Of a stretch of 25,812 bases of DNA, positions 17,597 to 25,592 are shown one piece after another. The stretch spans positions 1 through 25,812 of the forward strand of contig JAQBGU010000166.1 in the NCBI GenBank assembly GCA_032128375.1, written 5' to 3'. Source of the DNA: Deltaproteobacteria bacterium (lineage in GTDB: Bacteria > Myxococcota_A > UBA9160 > SMWR01). The first letter of the stretch is position 1, and every line of letters starts with the position of its first letter. The translations under genes were made by a program, and so were the position numbers. The notes under the pieces were generated by a model. The model was not told where the DNA came from. It was given only the letters and a program-made list of their open reading frames with translations, and did no database searches.

Positions 17597-18788
17597 GCCC
17601 CGCACTCCACCCGCCACGAACGCTCCGTCGATGATCGGTGGTCTCGTCGCCGCATTGGGAGCCATCGAGTTCCGAAAGCTACTCGATGCTGCTGGCGGCC
17701 GACCGCCGGAACACGCCCTGGTCGGCCGGGAGCTCTACCTCGATGCACGCCATCATCAGCAGTACTTGACGACGCTGCGCCGGAACCCGGCGTGTCTCTT
17801 TGATCATGAGACCTGGGCGATCGATTCGCTTCCGGAGCTCCCGCTAGGCCAGCTGCTCGGTTGGCGGGCGTGCGGCGAGCCAAGCGGAGCCGAGATCTCA
17901 CTGGAAGGCCACGTATTCGTCAACCAGATCCTGTGTCCTGACTGCGGCCACAGCAGCCTCATCGCGGTGTTGCGCGCCCGAATCGAGCCTTCCCGGCTGC
18001 GCTGCGCAGGTTGCGATCGAGATATCGCGCCGACCACCGTGGGCCTGTCGACATGGATCGGTGTTGAATGGCTCTCAGCGGACATGCTGCGCGAACCGCT
18101 AGGGAAGCGCGGATTTCGGCCAGGCGACGTCCTCACGGTGCGCGAACGGGACGGCTTGCGCCACTTCGAGTACGCAGGTGAGCGACCACCCAGCCGCACT
18201 GACACGGGCTGGCACGACGCTGCAATCATCGGTTGCGGGAACATTGGCTCACCGCTCAGCGCACACGTGGCCAGGCTCGGGCGGGGCGCAGTACTCGGGC
18301 GCGTGATCCTCGTCGACCCGGATACCTATTCCGAGGCGAACATCCGGACGCAGGAGATTTGCTGTTCGGATGTGGGTCGCGCCAAAGTCGAAGTGCAGGC
18401 CGAGCGGATGCGCGCGATCCACCCCGAGCTCGAGGTGGTCACCCACGCGTGCCGCATCGAAGATCTGCCCATCTCGGTCTTTCGCGGCGCGATCCTGCTC
18501 GGGGCGGTCGACTCTCGAGACGCGCGCCAGCAGATCAACCAGGCCGCCTGGCGCGTTGGCTCGCCCTGGATCGACATGGCGGTCGATGGCCCGTCACTGC
18601 TGTGTCGGGTGACGACCTACGTGCCGGGTGACGCTTCGGTATGTCTCGAGTGCAGTTGGGAGGCTTCAGACTACGCGTTGCTGCAGCAACGCTTGCCGTG
18701 CGATCGGATCCGTGATTCACAAGAAATCGACGCCATTCGCGATCGCGAAACTGGAATCAGAGAAATAGAAGTGGAAGTGGAAAATTGA
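17589..18788 (+). CDS. E1-like ThiF/MoeB family adenylyltransferase, apparently circularly permuted
   Basis: The adenylation core (IIGCGNIGS, VILVDPDTYSEANIRTQ, DVGRAKV, GAVDSRDARQQIN, CLEC...RLPC) lies in the C-terminal half. The normally C-terminal helix PSMIGGLVAALGAIEFRKLL and a CPDC/CAGC zinc finger lie in the N-terminal half. Confidence 0.85.
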   Translation: MAEPRTPPATNAPSMIGGLVAALGAIEFRKLLDAAGGRPPEHALVGRELYLDARHHQQYLTTLRRNPACLFDHETWAIDSLPELPLGQLLGWRACGEPSGAEISLEGHVFVNQILCPDCGHSSLIAVLRARIEPSRLRCAGCDRDIAPTTVGLSTWIGVEWLSADMLREPLGKRGFRPGDVLTVRERDGLRHFEYAGERPPSRTDTGWHDAAIIGCGNIGSPLSAHVARLGRGAVLGRVILVDPDTYSEANIRTQEICCSDVGRAKVEVQAERMRAIHPELEVVTHACRIEDLPISVFRGAILLGAVDSRDARQQINQAAWRVGSPWIDMAVDGPSLLCRVTTYVPGDASVCLECSWEASDYALLQQRLPCDRIRDSQEIDAIRDRETGIREIEVEVEN

Positions 18789-18840
18789 AGTGGAAGTGGA
18801 AAGTAGAAGTAGAAGTAGAAGTAGGAAAGTAGAAAGGAGA
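18759..18840 (+). repeat. C-free, purine-rich GAAGTR hexamer repeat tract
   Basis: 82 nt with no cytosine on the + strand, built of GAAGTG/GAAGTA units. Spans the E1 stop and ends in the E2 SD (AAAGGAG). Confidence 0.85.
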
Positions 18841-18846
18841 CATGCC

Positions 18847-19362
18847 ATGGACAACATCTTCAGCAACTGGCTCGAGCGTGCCATCGACGAGGCCATGCGT
18901 CTGGCTGTCAGCAGCGACCGCCTCGACATCGTCCGGCTGAATCCGAGCACGATCGCGGCGCACTATTCGTGCAAGGGGCTCGTTCTCAGTGACACGGGTC
19001 GTGTGGAAGAACACGGAAATTTCGTCGTCGGTTTCCACATTGCAGACGACTACTTGCGGCGCGCGACGAATTCGATGCAGATCCTCAGCTGCATTTCTCC
19101 TCAGAATTGCTTTCACCCGAACATCCGCGGACGCGCGTGCTGCATTGGAAAAGTCGCGCCAGGCACCTCGCTGGTGGAATTGCTCCATCGAACGTATGAG
19201 GTCATCACCTGGCAGGAGGTCGCACCCAACGAGTTCGATGCCCTCAACCCTGCTGCCTGCTCGTTCGCGCGAAATTCTCCCGAGCGCATTCCGGTCGATG
19301 ACCGGCCGCTGCGACGTCGCCCGGCGTCGTTCCAGCTCGGCGACATGGTGGTCTCGTCGTGA
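18847..19362 (+). CDS. E2 ubiquitin-conjugating enzyme-like (UBC fold) protein
   Basis: FVVGFHIADDYL (F...I..P.DY), CFHPNIRGRACCIG (HPN plus catalytic Cys region), SLVELL, DALNPAA (PLN.EAA-like). Strong SD. Confidence 0.8.
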   Translation: MDNIFSNWLERAIDEAMRLAVSSDRLDIVRLNPSTIAAHYSCKGLVLSDTGRVEEHGNFVVGFHIADDYLRRATNSMQILSCISPQNCFHPNIRGRACCIGKVAPGTSLVELLHRTYEVITWQEVAPNEFDALNPAACSFARNSPERIPVDDRPLRRRPASFQLGDMVVSS

Positions 19363-20381
19363 GCGTACCTCTCGCCCCATCCGACGTCGCACCTCGCGCC
19401 GGCCGCGATTGGCTTTCGCGGCTCGACCCGGAGCTGGAGAACGCCTTGCGTTTCCATTTCGAAGGCGCCGCTGCACCCGGTGCATTCGCCAAGACGAGCG
19501 ATGGCTTCGCGCTTCGGCTCGACGTCGCCGGCGACCTCCCCGCGCTCGAGGTCGGGTTGCGTTCCGACGACGGGTGGATGTTCTGCAGCGCAAGGCTTCC
19601 GGGTAGCGCGGCGAAGATCACCCCGACGCGGCTCCTCGAAGCCAGCACGGGTCTGTACGGCGGGGTGAAGGTCAGCTACGCGGTCGACGCGACCGGTCCC
19701 CCGCGCCCAGAGCTACGCGCTGAAGTGCCTCTCAACGCCGGAGCCGACCTGGTCGCCGTACTCGGTGCGGTGCTGAATGGATTCGCACAGGGGGCTCTTC
19801 GCATCGCGGAGCGGTCCGAGCAACCCACAACGAGTCCACTGCCGGGGTTCGGAACCGCCGCGGCTGTCGCGCATCCACACCACGATACTGCAGGCGGCGC
19901 CCGCGCCCTGGCTGACGCCGGCTGGACGACCTCCGTGCGCGAGGACGGTCGCCTGTTTGTCGACCTCGATGTTTCGGACGGGTACCGACAGGGGCTACTC
20001 GAGACGGGACCCAATGGCCATTTGCGCCTGTGCAGCGCGCTTCCGGAGCCGGCGCCGAGTCCCTGTGCCGACGCGCTCGCGATTGCGGCGCTGTTGACCA
20101 GTGGATGGGTGCGGATGGTTCGAGCGATTTACGACGGCGCGTTCCGCCTCGAAGTAGCGCTGGGTCCCGGGCTCGGTGACGCGGCTGTGCCGTGCGCGGC
20201 TGCCGCGCTCTCCGTCGCGCTGCGGGTACTCGGCGACGAAGCCGAGATCTTGGCCCGCGACTGCGCAGTTGCGAGCCACTACGCGCGGAACTGCACTGCG
20301 GCCCGTGGATCCCGGGTCGGCAAGCAAGGGAAGGGCCGACCGCCGCTGGATGCATTGGCCGACACTGCGACGGCTGTCTGA
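19359..20381 (+). CDS. Hypothetical protein, possibly tandem YbjN/type III secretion chaperone-like domains
   Basis: GTGA overlap with the E2 stop. Two alpha/beta segments (GWMFCSARLP...LLEASTGLYGGVKV...ELRAEVPL; HLRLCSAL...MVRAIYDG) recall the YbjN fold. Weak, by eye only. Confidence 0.5.
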   Translation: MSVPLAPSDVAPRAGRDWLSRLDPELENALRFHFEGAAAPGAFAKTSDGFALRLDVAGDLPALEVGLRSDDGWMFCSARLPGSAAKITPTRLLEASTGLYGGVKVSYAVDATGPPRPELRAEVPLNAGADLVAVLGAVLNGFAQGALRIAERSEQPTTSPLPGFGTAAAVAHPHHDTAGGARALADAGWTTSVREDGRLFVDLDVSDGYRQGLLETGPNGHLRLCSALPEPAPSPCADALAIAALLTSGWVRMVRAIYDGAFRLEVALGPGLGDAAVPCAAAALSVALRVLGDEAEILARDCAVASHYARNCTAARGSRVGKQGKGRPPLDALADTATAV

Positions 20382-20409
20382 TCGCAACCCCAAAAAGGAG
20401 AAAGTGAAA

Positions 20410-20733
20410 ATGTCTGCTGCAACACTGTCTGGTGAAGCAAGATCTGAAGAAATGTCTGGTGAAATAGAGATGGCCTTCACTGCATCCGACGTCTCGGGCC
20501 AGCGACGGGTAAACGTCCGCGGCGTCTCGCCGGATGCGACGGTGCGTGAACTCATCAACGGACTGCTCGCAAAGATGGGTCTGGTCCAAAACGACGTCTC
20601 CGGGCACCCGCTCGAGTATCGCGCTCTGCTCGAGAGGGAGGGTCGTCACTTGTTCGACGCCGAACTCGTCGGGGACGCCCTCGCGCCCGACGACAAGATC
20701 ACTCTGACGCCGAAGATCAACGCTGGCGGCTAG
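20410..20733 (+). CDS. Ubiquitin-like beta-grasp protein with C-terminal Gly-Gly
   Basis: ATG follows AAAAGGAG. FTASDVSGQRRVNVRGVSPDATVRELINGLL...YRALL...LVGDALAPDDKITLTPKINAGG* follows the ubiquitin/YukD pattern. Alternative starts at 20452 and 20470. Confidence 0.85.
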   Translation: MSAATLSGEARSEEMSGEIEMAFTASDVSGQRRVNVRGVSPDATVRELINGLLAKMGLVQNDVSGHPLEYRALLEREGRHLFDAELVGDALAPDDKITLTPKINAGG

Positions 20734-20819
20734 GCCGCAGCTCCCCGGTGATGGCGGGAGCCGGGGAGCTGCGCTCTTTTCGAAAATTCCCGCATCCGAT
20801 TTCCTTCGATGAGCCCCTG

Positions 20820-21914
20820 ATGACCGACACATGTTTTCGATATGCATTCGACTACACGACCAAGAGCGGTGAGCCGATCGGTTCGATTCCCTTCGATCCC
20901 GACTGGCTGCCGGCTCGGGAGTGGGCGAGTTGGGAAGCCGTGCGCCAGGGGCTGGCCCCGACGCCTGGCGGCCCAGAGGCGTTCCACATCGTGCCCGTAT
21001 GGGACGAGCTGGCAGGTCCGCCAGTGATGTCGGCCGCGTGTGTCGAGGACTCGTCCGGTGTCGCGGTCGAGCTGGATCTGCTCGCCTACTTTCGATCGGC
21101 CGCGCGAGAGCGAAGCGCTGACCTGGTGGATCGGGGCTGGATCCAGACCGGTACCCCTTATCTCTACCGCGTGTGCGCCTACGCGCGCGAACCGGATTCC
21201 GCACCCCAAAAATCGCAGCCCGAGGGCCTTGCGTTCGACGTGGAGGAGGCGCCGCAGCCGCTCCTCGTCGACGAGCGGAGCCTCGATGCGTTTGTCAGCG
21301 CGTCGCGCGCCATCGCAGCGCAACAGGAAAACGAGATGCCGGTCTTCATCCCGAGACGGGTGATGGCCGAAGCGTCAGCGCAAGCGCGGGCAGCGGGCGG
21401 AGTCGAAACTGGCGGAATCTTGTTGGGAAATCTGCATCGGTCGCGGGACTTTCCGAGGAACGTTCCGAGCAAAGAGTCCGAAGTGTTCCTCGAGGTGACG
21501 GCGATGATTCCGGCGACTAACACGATGGCCGAGTCGCAGCGTCTGACCTTCACGCCGGAGACCTGGGCCGCTGCGGGAAACGCGGTGGAGCTTCGCAAGA
21601 GCGATGAGATTCAAGTGGGCTGGTTTCATTTCCACCCCAGATTTTGCTCAAAATGCCCCGCCGAGGCGCAGCAGGTCTGTGCGTGGGGGCGCCCGTTCTT
21701 CTCGGGTGAAGACGTCCATATGCACCGGACGATTTTCCCGCGCGCATTTCATATCGCGTTGCTTTTGAGCGATCTCGGCGACGCCGAACTGGATGCCAGC
21801 CTGTTTGGATGGAACCGCGGTGTAGTGACCAACCGCGGCTTCCAGATTCTCGAGGCGCAACCGGAACCCAGCGTTGCGACCGATTCCAACGAGCAGGAGG
21901 TAGATTCGAAATGA
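20820..21914 (+). CDS. JAB/MPN+ (JAMM) metallopeptidase with an N-terminal extension (deubiquitinase-like); start 20748 or 20820
   Basis: ETGGILLG, LTFTPETW and VGWFHFHP...FFSGED give the E...HxH...SxxD JAMM motif. Confidence 0.85.
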   Translation: MTDTCFRYAFDYTTKSGEPIGSIPFDPDWLPAREWASWEAVRQGLAPTPGGPEAFHIVPVWDELAGPPVMSAACVEDSSGVAVELDLLAYFRSAARERSADLVDRGWIQTGTPYLYRVCAYAREPDSAPQKSQPEGLAFDVEEAPQPLLVDERSLDAFVSASRAIAAQQENEMPVFIPRRVMAEASAQARAAGGVETGGILLGNLHRSRDFPRNVPSKESEVFLEVTAMIPATNTMAESQRLTFTPETWAAAGNAVELRKSDEIQVGWFHFHPRFCSKCPAEAQQVCAWGRPFFSGEDVHMHRTIFPRAFHIALLLSDLGDAELDASLFGWNRGVVTNRGFQILEAQPEPSVATDSNEQEVDSK

Positions 21915-23590
21915 TCCAGCCGACGACACCGACAGCACGGCGGGCGAGGCGCGCACAGTATTCGCAGCTGTTCAATGAAGGGCCGGGCGCGCTCTCGATT
22001 GACGACCGCATCGCACTCGCAGCGAGTCTGCGGAGTGTATCTCCTGAGCACGAGAGCGAACTCGACCACTTGCTCTTCACGAAATTGGGCAGCCTGCAAA
22101 GCGGACTCGAGCAGAGCCGAAAGGCGCTGTCCGAGGTGGGCGAAATCGTGGAAAAGCTCACGGGGCCGCCCTGGCACGCAGCCCGCTTTGTCGCGTGCGT
22201 CGAACAAGATGGTTGGCGTCGCGCGCTCGTGTTTTCCGGTGGGTCCCTGACGCTGGTGGACTTCGGACCAGCCGTCGACCCAGAGAACACACATCCCGGC
22301 GATTCGGTTTACCTGGGTGCAGAGCAAAACGTGCTGCTGGCGGTGGCGACGGGGAATATCCAGCCCGGTGGCGAGACTGCCCGCTTCGAGCGAGTCACCG
22401 CAGGCGGGATGCTCATCATCAGGCACCGAGACGAAGAACTCATCGTGTCGGCCGCGCGGGGTATCGACATCGGGGCCCTCGAGGTGGGAAACGAGCTGCG
22501 TTGGGACCGGGCGGCGCAAATGGCGCTCGAGCGCATCGATGCCGGGGGGGCGCAGGAGTTCCTCGTTCAGGAGCCACTGAAGGTCGGCCCTGAGGCCGTG
22601 GGTGGCCAGCAGCACTGCCTCCAGCAGGTCTTCGACGCGCTTTGCTCGTCGCTACTGGAGCCGGGTCTCGCCGCGGAGTATGGGCTATCGGGTCGCTGCT
22701 CGGTGCTGTTATGCGGGCCGCCGGGCTGCGGCAAGACTCTGATCGCCAGAGTCGCGGCCTACATGCTGGACCAGCTCTCCGACCGCAGCTGCCTGTTCTT
22801 TTCGATCAAGCCGGGCGAACTGGAATCGCCCTGGGTCGGTTTGACCCAGGAAAATATCCGCAAGGCCTTCAAGGATATCCGCAAGGCGGCTGAGGGCGGA
22901 ATGGCGGTCGTCTTCATCGACGAAGTGGAAACGATCGGTCGGCACCGCGGCACGGGGCAAGCCCACCACGAGGATCAATTCACCGCCGCATGGCTGGCCG
23001 AGCTCGACGGTTTCGACGACCGCGGCAACATCGCGATCGTGAGCGCGACCAATCGGGTCGACTTGATCGATGCTGCGCTCTTTCAGCGACTTTCCGATAC
23101 GCAGATCACCGTGTCGCGCCCGGACATCGAAGGCGCGCGCGCGATTTTCGGTGTCCATCTGACAGAAAGCGTCCCCATGTTTCCCAACGGGGCGCTGGCC
23201 GAGAGCACACGCGAAGAGTTGATCGAAACCGCCGTGTCGTGCCTGTTTGCGCCCAACGGCGAGAACCCCCTGTGCGTGCTGCACTTTCGCGACGGCTCCA
23301 CGCGGTCGGTTGGCGCCCACGAACTCGTGAGCGGCCGCCTGATCGAACAGCTGTGTCGTGCTGCGAGAACGTCCGCGCTGGCGCGCCAGGTACGCGGGGG
23401 GGCCAGAGGGGTGCGCGTGTCGGACATTCGCACGGCGGTATCGCTGGCCACTGAGCGCCTCGCGACGACGATCACGCGGGGTAACGCCCATCACTACATC
23501 GCGGATCTGCCCGACGACATCGATGTCGTGCGCGTGGAGCGGCCAACGCGCCAGGTGAAGCGAATGCAGACCTACTTGAATTTGGAATAG
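21911..23590 (+). CDS. arc: Proteasome-associated AAA ATPase, ARC/Mpa-like
   Basis: ATGA overlap with the JAB stop and an AGGAGG SD. N-terminal coiled coil ending LTGPP; two OB-like segments; Walker A GPPGCGKT; Walker B VVFIDE; ATNRVDLIDAAL; ARC-type LHFRDG...LVSG C-terminal region. Confidence 0.85.
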   Translation: MIQPTTPTARRARRAQYSQLFNEGPGALSIDDRIALAASLRSVSPEHESELDHLLFTKLGSLQSGLEQSRKALSEVGEIVEKLTGPPWHAARFVACVEQDGWRRALVFSGGSLTLVDFGPAVDPENTHPGDSVYLGAEQNVLLAVATGNIQPGGETARFERVTAGGMLIIRHRDEELIVSAARGIDIGALEVGNELRWDRAAQMALERIDAGGAQEFLVQEPLKVGPEAVGGQQHCLQQVFDALCSSLLEPGLAAEYGLSGRCSVLLCGPPGCGKTLIARVAAYMLDQLSDRSCLFFSIKPGELESPWVGLTQENIRKAFKDIRKAAEGGMAVVFIDEVETIGRHRGTGQAHHEDQFTAAWLAELDGFDDRGNIAIVSATNRVDLIDAALFQRLSDTQITVSRPDIEGARAIFGVHLTESVPMFPNGALAESTREELIETAVSCLFAPNGENPLCVLHFRDGSTRSVGAHELVSGRLIEQLCRAARTSALARQVRGGARGVRVSDIRTAVSLATERLATTITRGNAHHYIADLPDDIDVVRVERPTRQVKRMQTYLNLE

Positions 23591-23609
23591 CACCTGCGAG
23601 GAGGGACTC

Positions 23610-25400
23610 ATGCCGGAGGAACTCATGAAAGGAAAGCGCGTTCCGAAGCTGATCGGCGAGGACATGGAGCTCGGCAATTTCGTTTGCAGCGACTCTTACT
23701 CAGGTTCGCCCGCAAACTACGGGCCGTCGGTGTGTAGCGGGGACCGTGCCGCCCGCGCCGTGTTGCGCGAGGTTCGCGGAACGCCCTCTTCGGGCGGCGG
23801 CCATTCCACCGGTTGGTGGGATGCTGCATCGCAGTCCTACGCCTACTACCCGCTGGCAAGCGGCTACCACGTGCAGGACGTGCAGGATTGGGGCCGCGTC
23901 TATCTCGCCGAGAACGGAGGTTGTATCTATATCGACCTCTCGCACATCGAGCTGTGTATCCCCGAGGTTCTGTCCGCATACGACGCCGTCGCTGCCCACC
24001 ACGCGATGCTGCGAATTGCGCGGGCAGCACTTCTGAAAGCCAACGAGAAGCTCGACGAGGGGGAATCAATCGAGCTCCTGGTCAACAACTCGGACCGGCT
24101 TGGCAACTCGTATGGCTCCCACGTGAACCTGCTGGTGACCCGTCGCTGCTGGGACGATCTCTTCCACCGCAAGCTCCATCCCCTGCTGGTGCTGGCCGCA
24201 TATCAGGTGTCGTCGATCATCTTCACGGGCCAGGGTAAGGTCGGGTCCGAAAACGGACGGCCCCACGTCGACTACCAGATCTCTCAACGCGCCGATTTCT
24301 TCGAAGTGCTCACGGGAGAGCAGACGACCCACGATCGCCCGCTCGTGAACAGTCGAGACGAAGCGTTGTGCGGCGGCCGGGCGGGCGCCCGCCCCGACCT
24401 CGCCCGCCTGCACTGTATCTTTTATGACAATACATTGTGTCATGTGGCAAGTCTCCTGAAAATGGGCGTGTTGCAGATCGTGCTCGCGATGATCGAGGCA
24501 GAGTGGAAGCTTGCCGATCTCACCCTCGACGACCCCGTTGCGGCGGTGGTGGGTTACAGCCACGACCCCACACTGCAGGCGCGATGCTCGCTCGCCAGCG
24601 GAGAGCAGGTGACGGCGGTCGAGCTGCAGTTGCGCTTCTGCGCGGCAGCGCGGCAGTGCTTTGCGGCCGGCCTGCTCGACACGGTGCCGCGCGCCGACGA
24701 GATCCTGGAGCTCTGGAGTGACACGCTCGCGAAACTGCAACGGAGCGACTTTGGCGAGCTGGTGGGGCGGCTCGACTGGGTTCAAAAACGCCATGCGCTC
24801 GGGCGCGCGCTGGACAAGCGGCCCGAGCTCGACTGGGATTCCCCGGAGATCAGTCACCTCGACCTCGTCTACAGCAGCCTCGCCCTCGAACGAGGGCTCT
24901 ACTGGGCCTACGAGCGCGCCGGAATTGCCGAGCGCGTGGCGAGCGATGCAGAGATCGACCGCTTCGTCGGGCAGCCGCCGGACGACACCCGGGCCTGGGC
25001 ACGCGCAATGTTGCTGCGCAACCTCGATCCGCAGCAGGTGGAAGGTGTGAATTGGGATCGGGTGCGGGTCCGCGTCCCCGCCGGGCGCGGATTCGACCGA
25101 TGCATAGAAATTTCCCTCGACGACCCTCTGGGCTCGACGCGCGAAGAGTGCGAGGAGCTGTTTCTCAGCGCGCCGTCGGCGAGCGCGCTCGTCGAGACTC
25201 TGGCCGATCTAGCGCCTGCCAGCGCGCAGTCGCACGTTGACGGTTCGCGCGACCGCGCAGAAGCGACTTCGTCGACCCACAGCCCCTCTATCGGCCCCTC
25301 TATCAGCCCCTCTATCAGCCCCTCTATCAGCACCGCGATCCAACCACGATCCAACACCGCGATGCATGTCGTCGCACGAAAGGAGCCCTATGAACACTAA
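23610..25400 (+). CDS. dop: Dop/PafA family protein, Dop-like (Pup deamidase/depupylase), divergent
   Basis: YLAENGGCIYIDLSHIELCIPE, NNSDRLGNSYGSHVN, GQGKVG, YQISQRADFF, RPLVNSRDE, RLHCIFYD, LDWVQK, DLVYS, PPDDTRAWAR. Confidence 0.75.
   Translation: MPEELMKGKRVPKLIGEDMELGNFVCSDSYSGSPANYGPSVCSGDRAARAVLREVRGTPSSGGGHSTGWWDAASQSYAYYPLASGYHVQDVQDWGRVYLAENGGCIYIDLSHIELCIPEVLSAYDAVAAHHAMLRIARAALLKANEKLDEGESIELLVNNSDRLGNSYGSHVNLLVTRRCWDDLFHRKLHPLLVLAAYQVSSIIFTGQGKVGSENGRPHVDYQISQRADFFEVLTGEQTTHDRPLVNSRDEALCGGRAGARPDLARLHCIFYDNTLCHVASLLKMGVLQIVLAMIEAEWKLADLTLDDPVAAVVGYSHDPTLQARCSLASGEQVTAVELQLRFCAAARQCFAAGLLDTVPRADEILELWSDTLAKLQRSDFGELVGRLDWVQKRHALGRALDKRPELDWDSPEISHLDLVYSSLALERGLYWAYERAGIAERVASDAEIDRFVGQPPDDTRAWARAMLLRNLDPQQVEGVNWDRVRVRVPAGRGFDRCIEISLDDPLGSTREECEELFLSAPSASALVETLADLAPASAQSHVDGSRDRAEATSSTHSPSIGPSISPSISPSISTAIQPRSNTAMHVVARKEPYEH
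25281..25331 (+). repeat. 12-bp tandem repeat RGCCCCTCTATC, 4 copies, in the Dop-like C-terminal tail
   Basis: Encodes SPSI-GPSI-SPSI-SPSI. Confidence 0.9.
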
Positions 25401-25590
25401 ACAACGACCGATCGAGCCGCGAACGAATGTCTCCAGTGTCGATGGGGGAGGCTCCGACGGCAGCGCCTACACCGCACTGCGCGAACAGGCGTCCAATCTG
25501 TTGGACGCGGCCGATGAGGCCATCAACCGGGTGCTCGAGACCGATAGTGGGCAGTACCTGACGAACCGCTTGCAACGCGGAGGACAGTAG
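25390..25590 (+). CDS. pup: Pup/UBact-like prokaryotic ubiquitin-like protein ending in GGQ
   Basis: 66 aa after an AAGGAG SD. Disordered N-terminus with GGGS; helix LLDAADEAINRVLE (Pup: LLDEIDDVLE); C-terminus YLTNRLQRGGQ*. Lies between two Dop/PafA-family genes. Confidence 0.85.
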   Translation: MNTKQRPIEPRTNVSSVDGGGSDGSAYTALREQASNLLDAADEAINRVLETDSGQYLTNRLQRGGQ

Positions 25591-25592
25591 TC

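Noticed and set aside
17589..20733. ThiF/ThiS or MoeB/MoaD cofactor biosynthesis interpretation
   Set aside because: No thiamine, molybdopterin or cysteine synthesis genes are present; E2, RING and proteasome-related genes point to protein conjugation.
19732..21204. 490-aa minus-strand ORF
   Set aside because: Arg/Pro-rich shadow opposite three coherent + strand genes.
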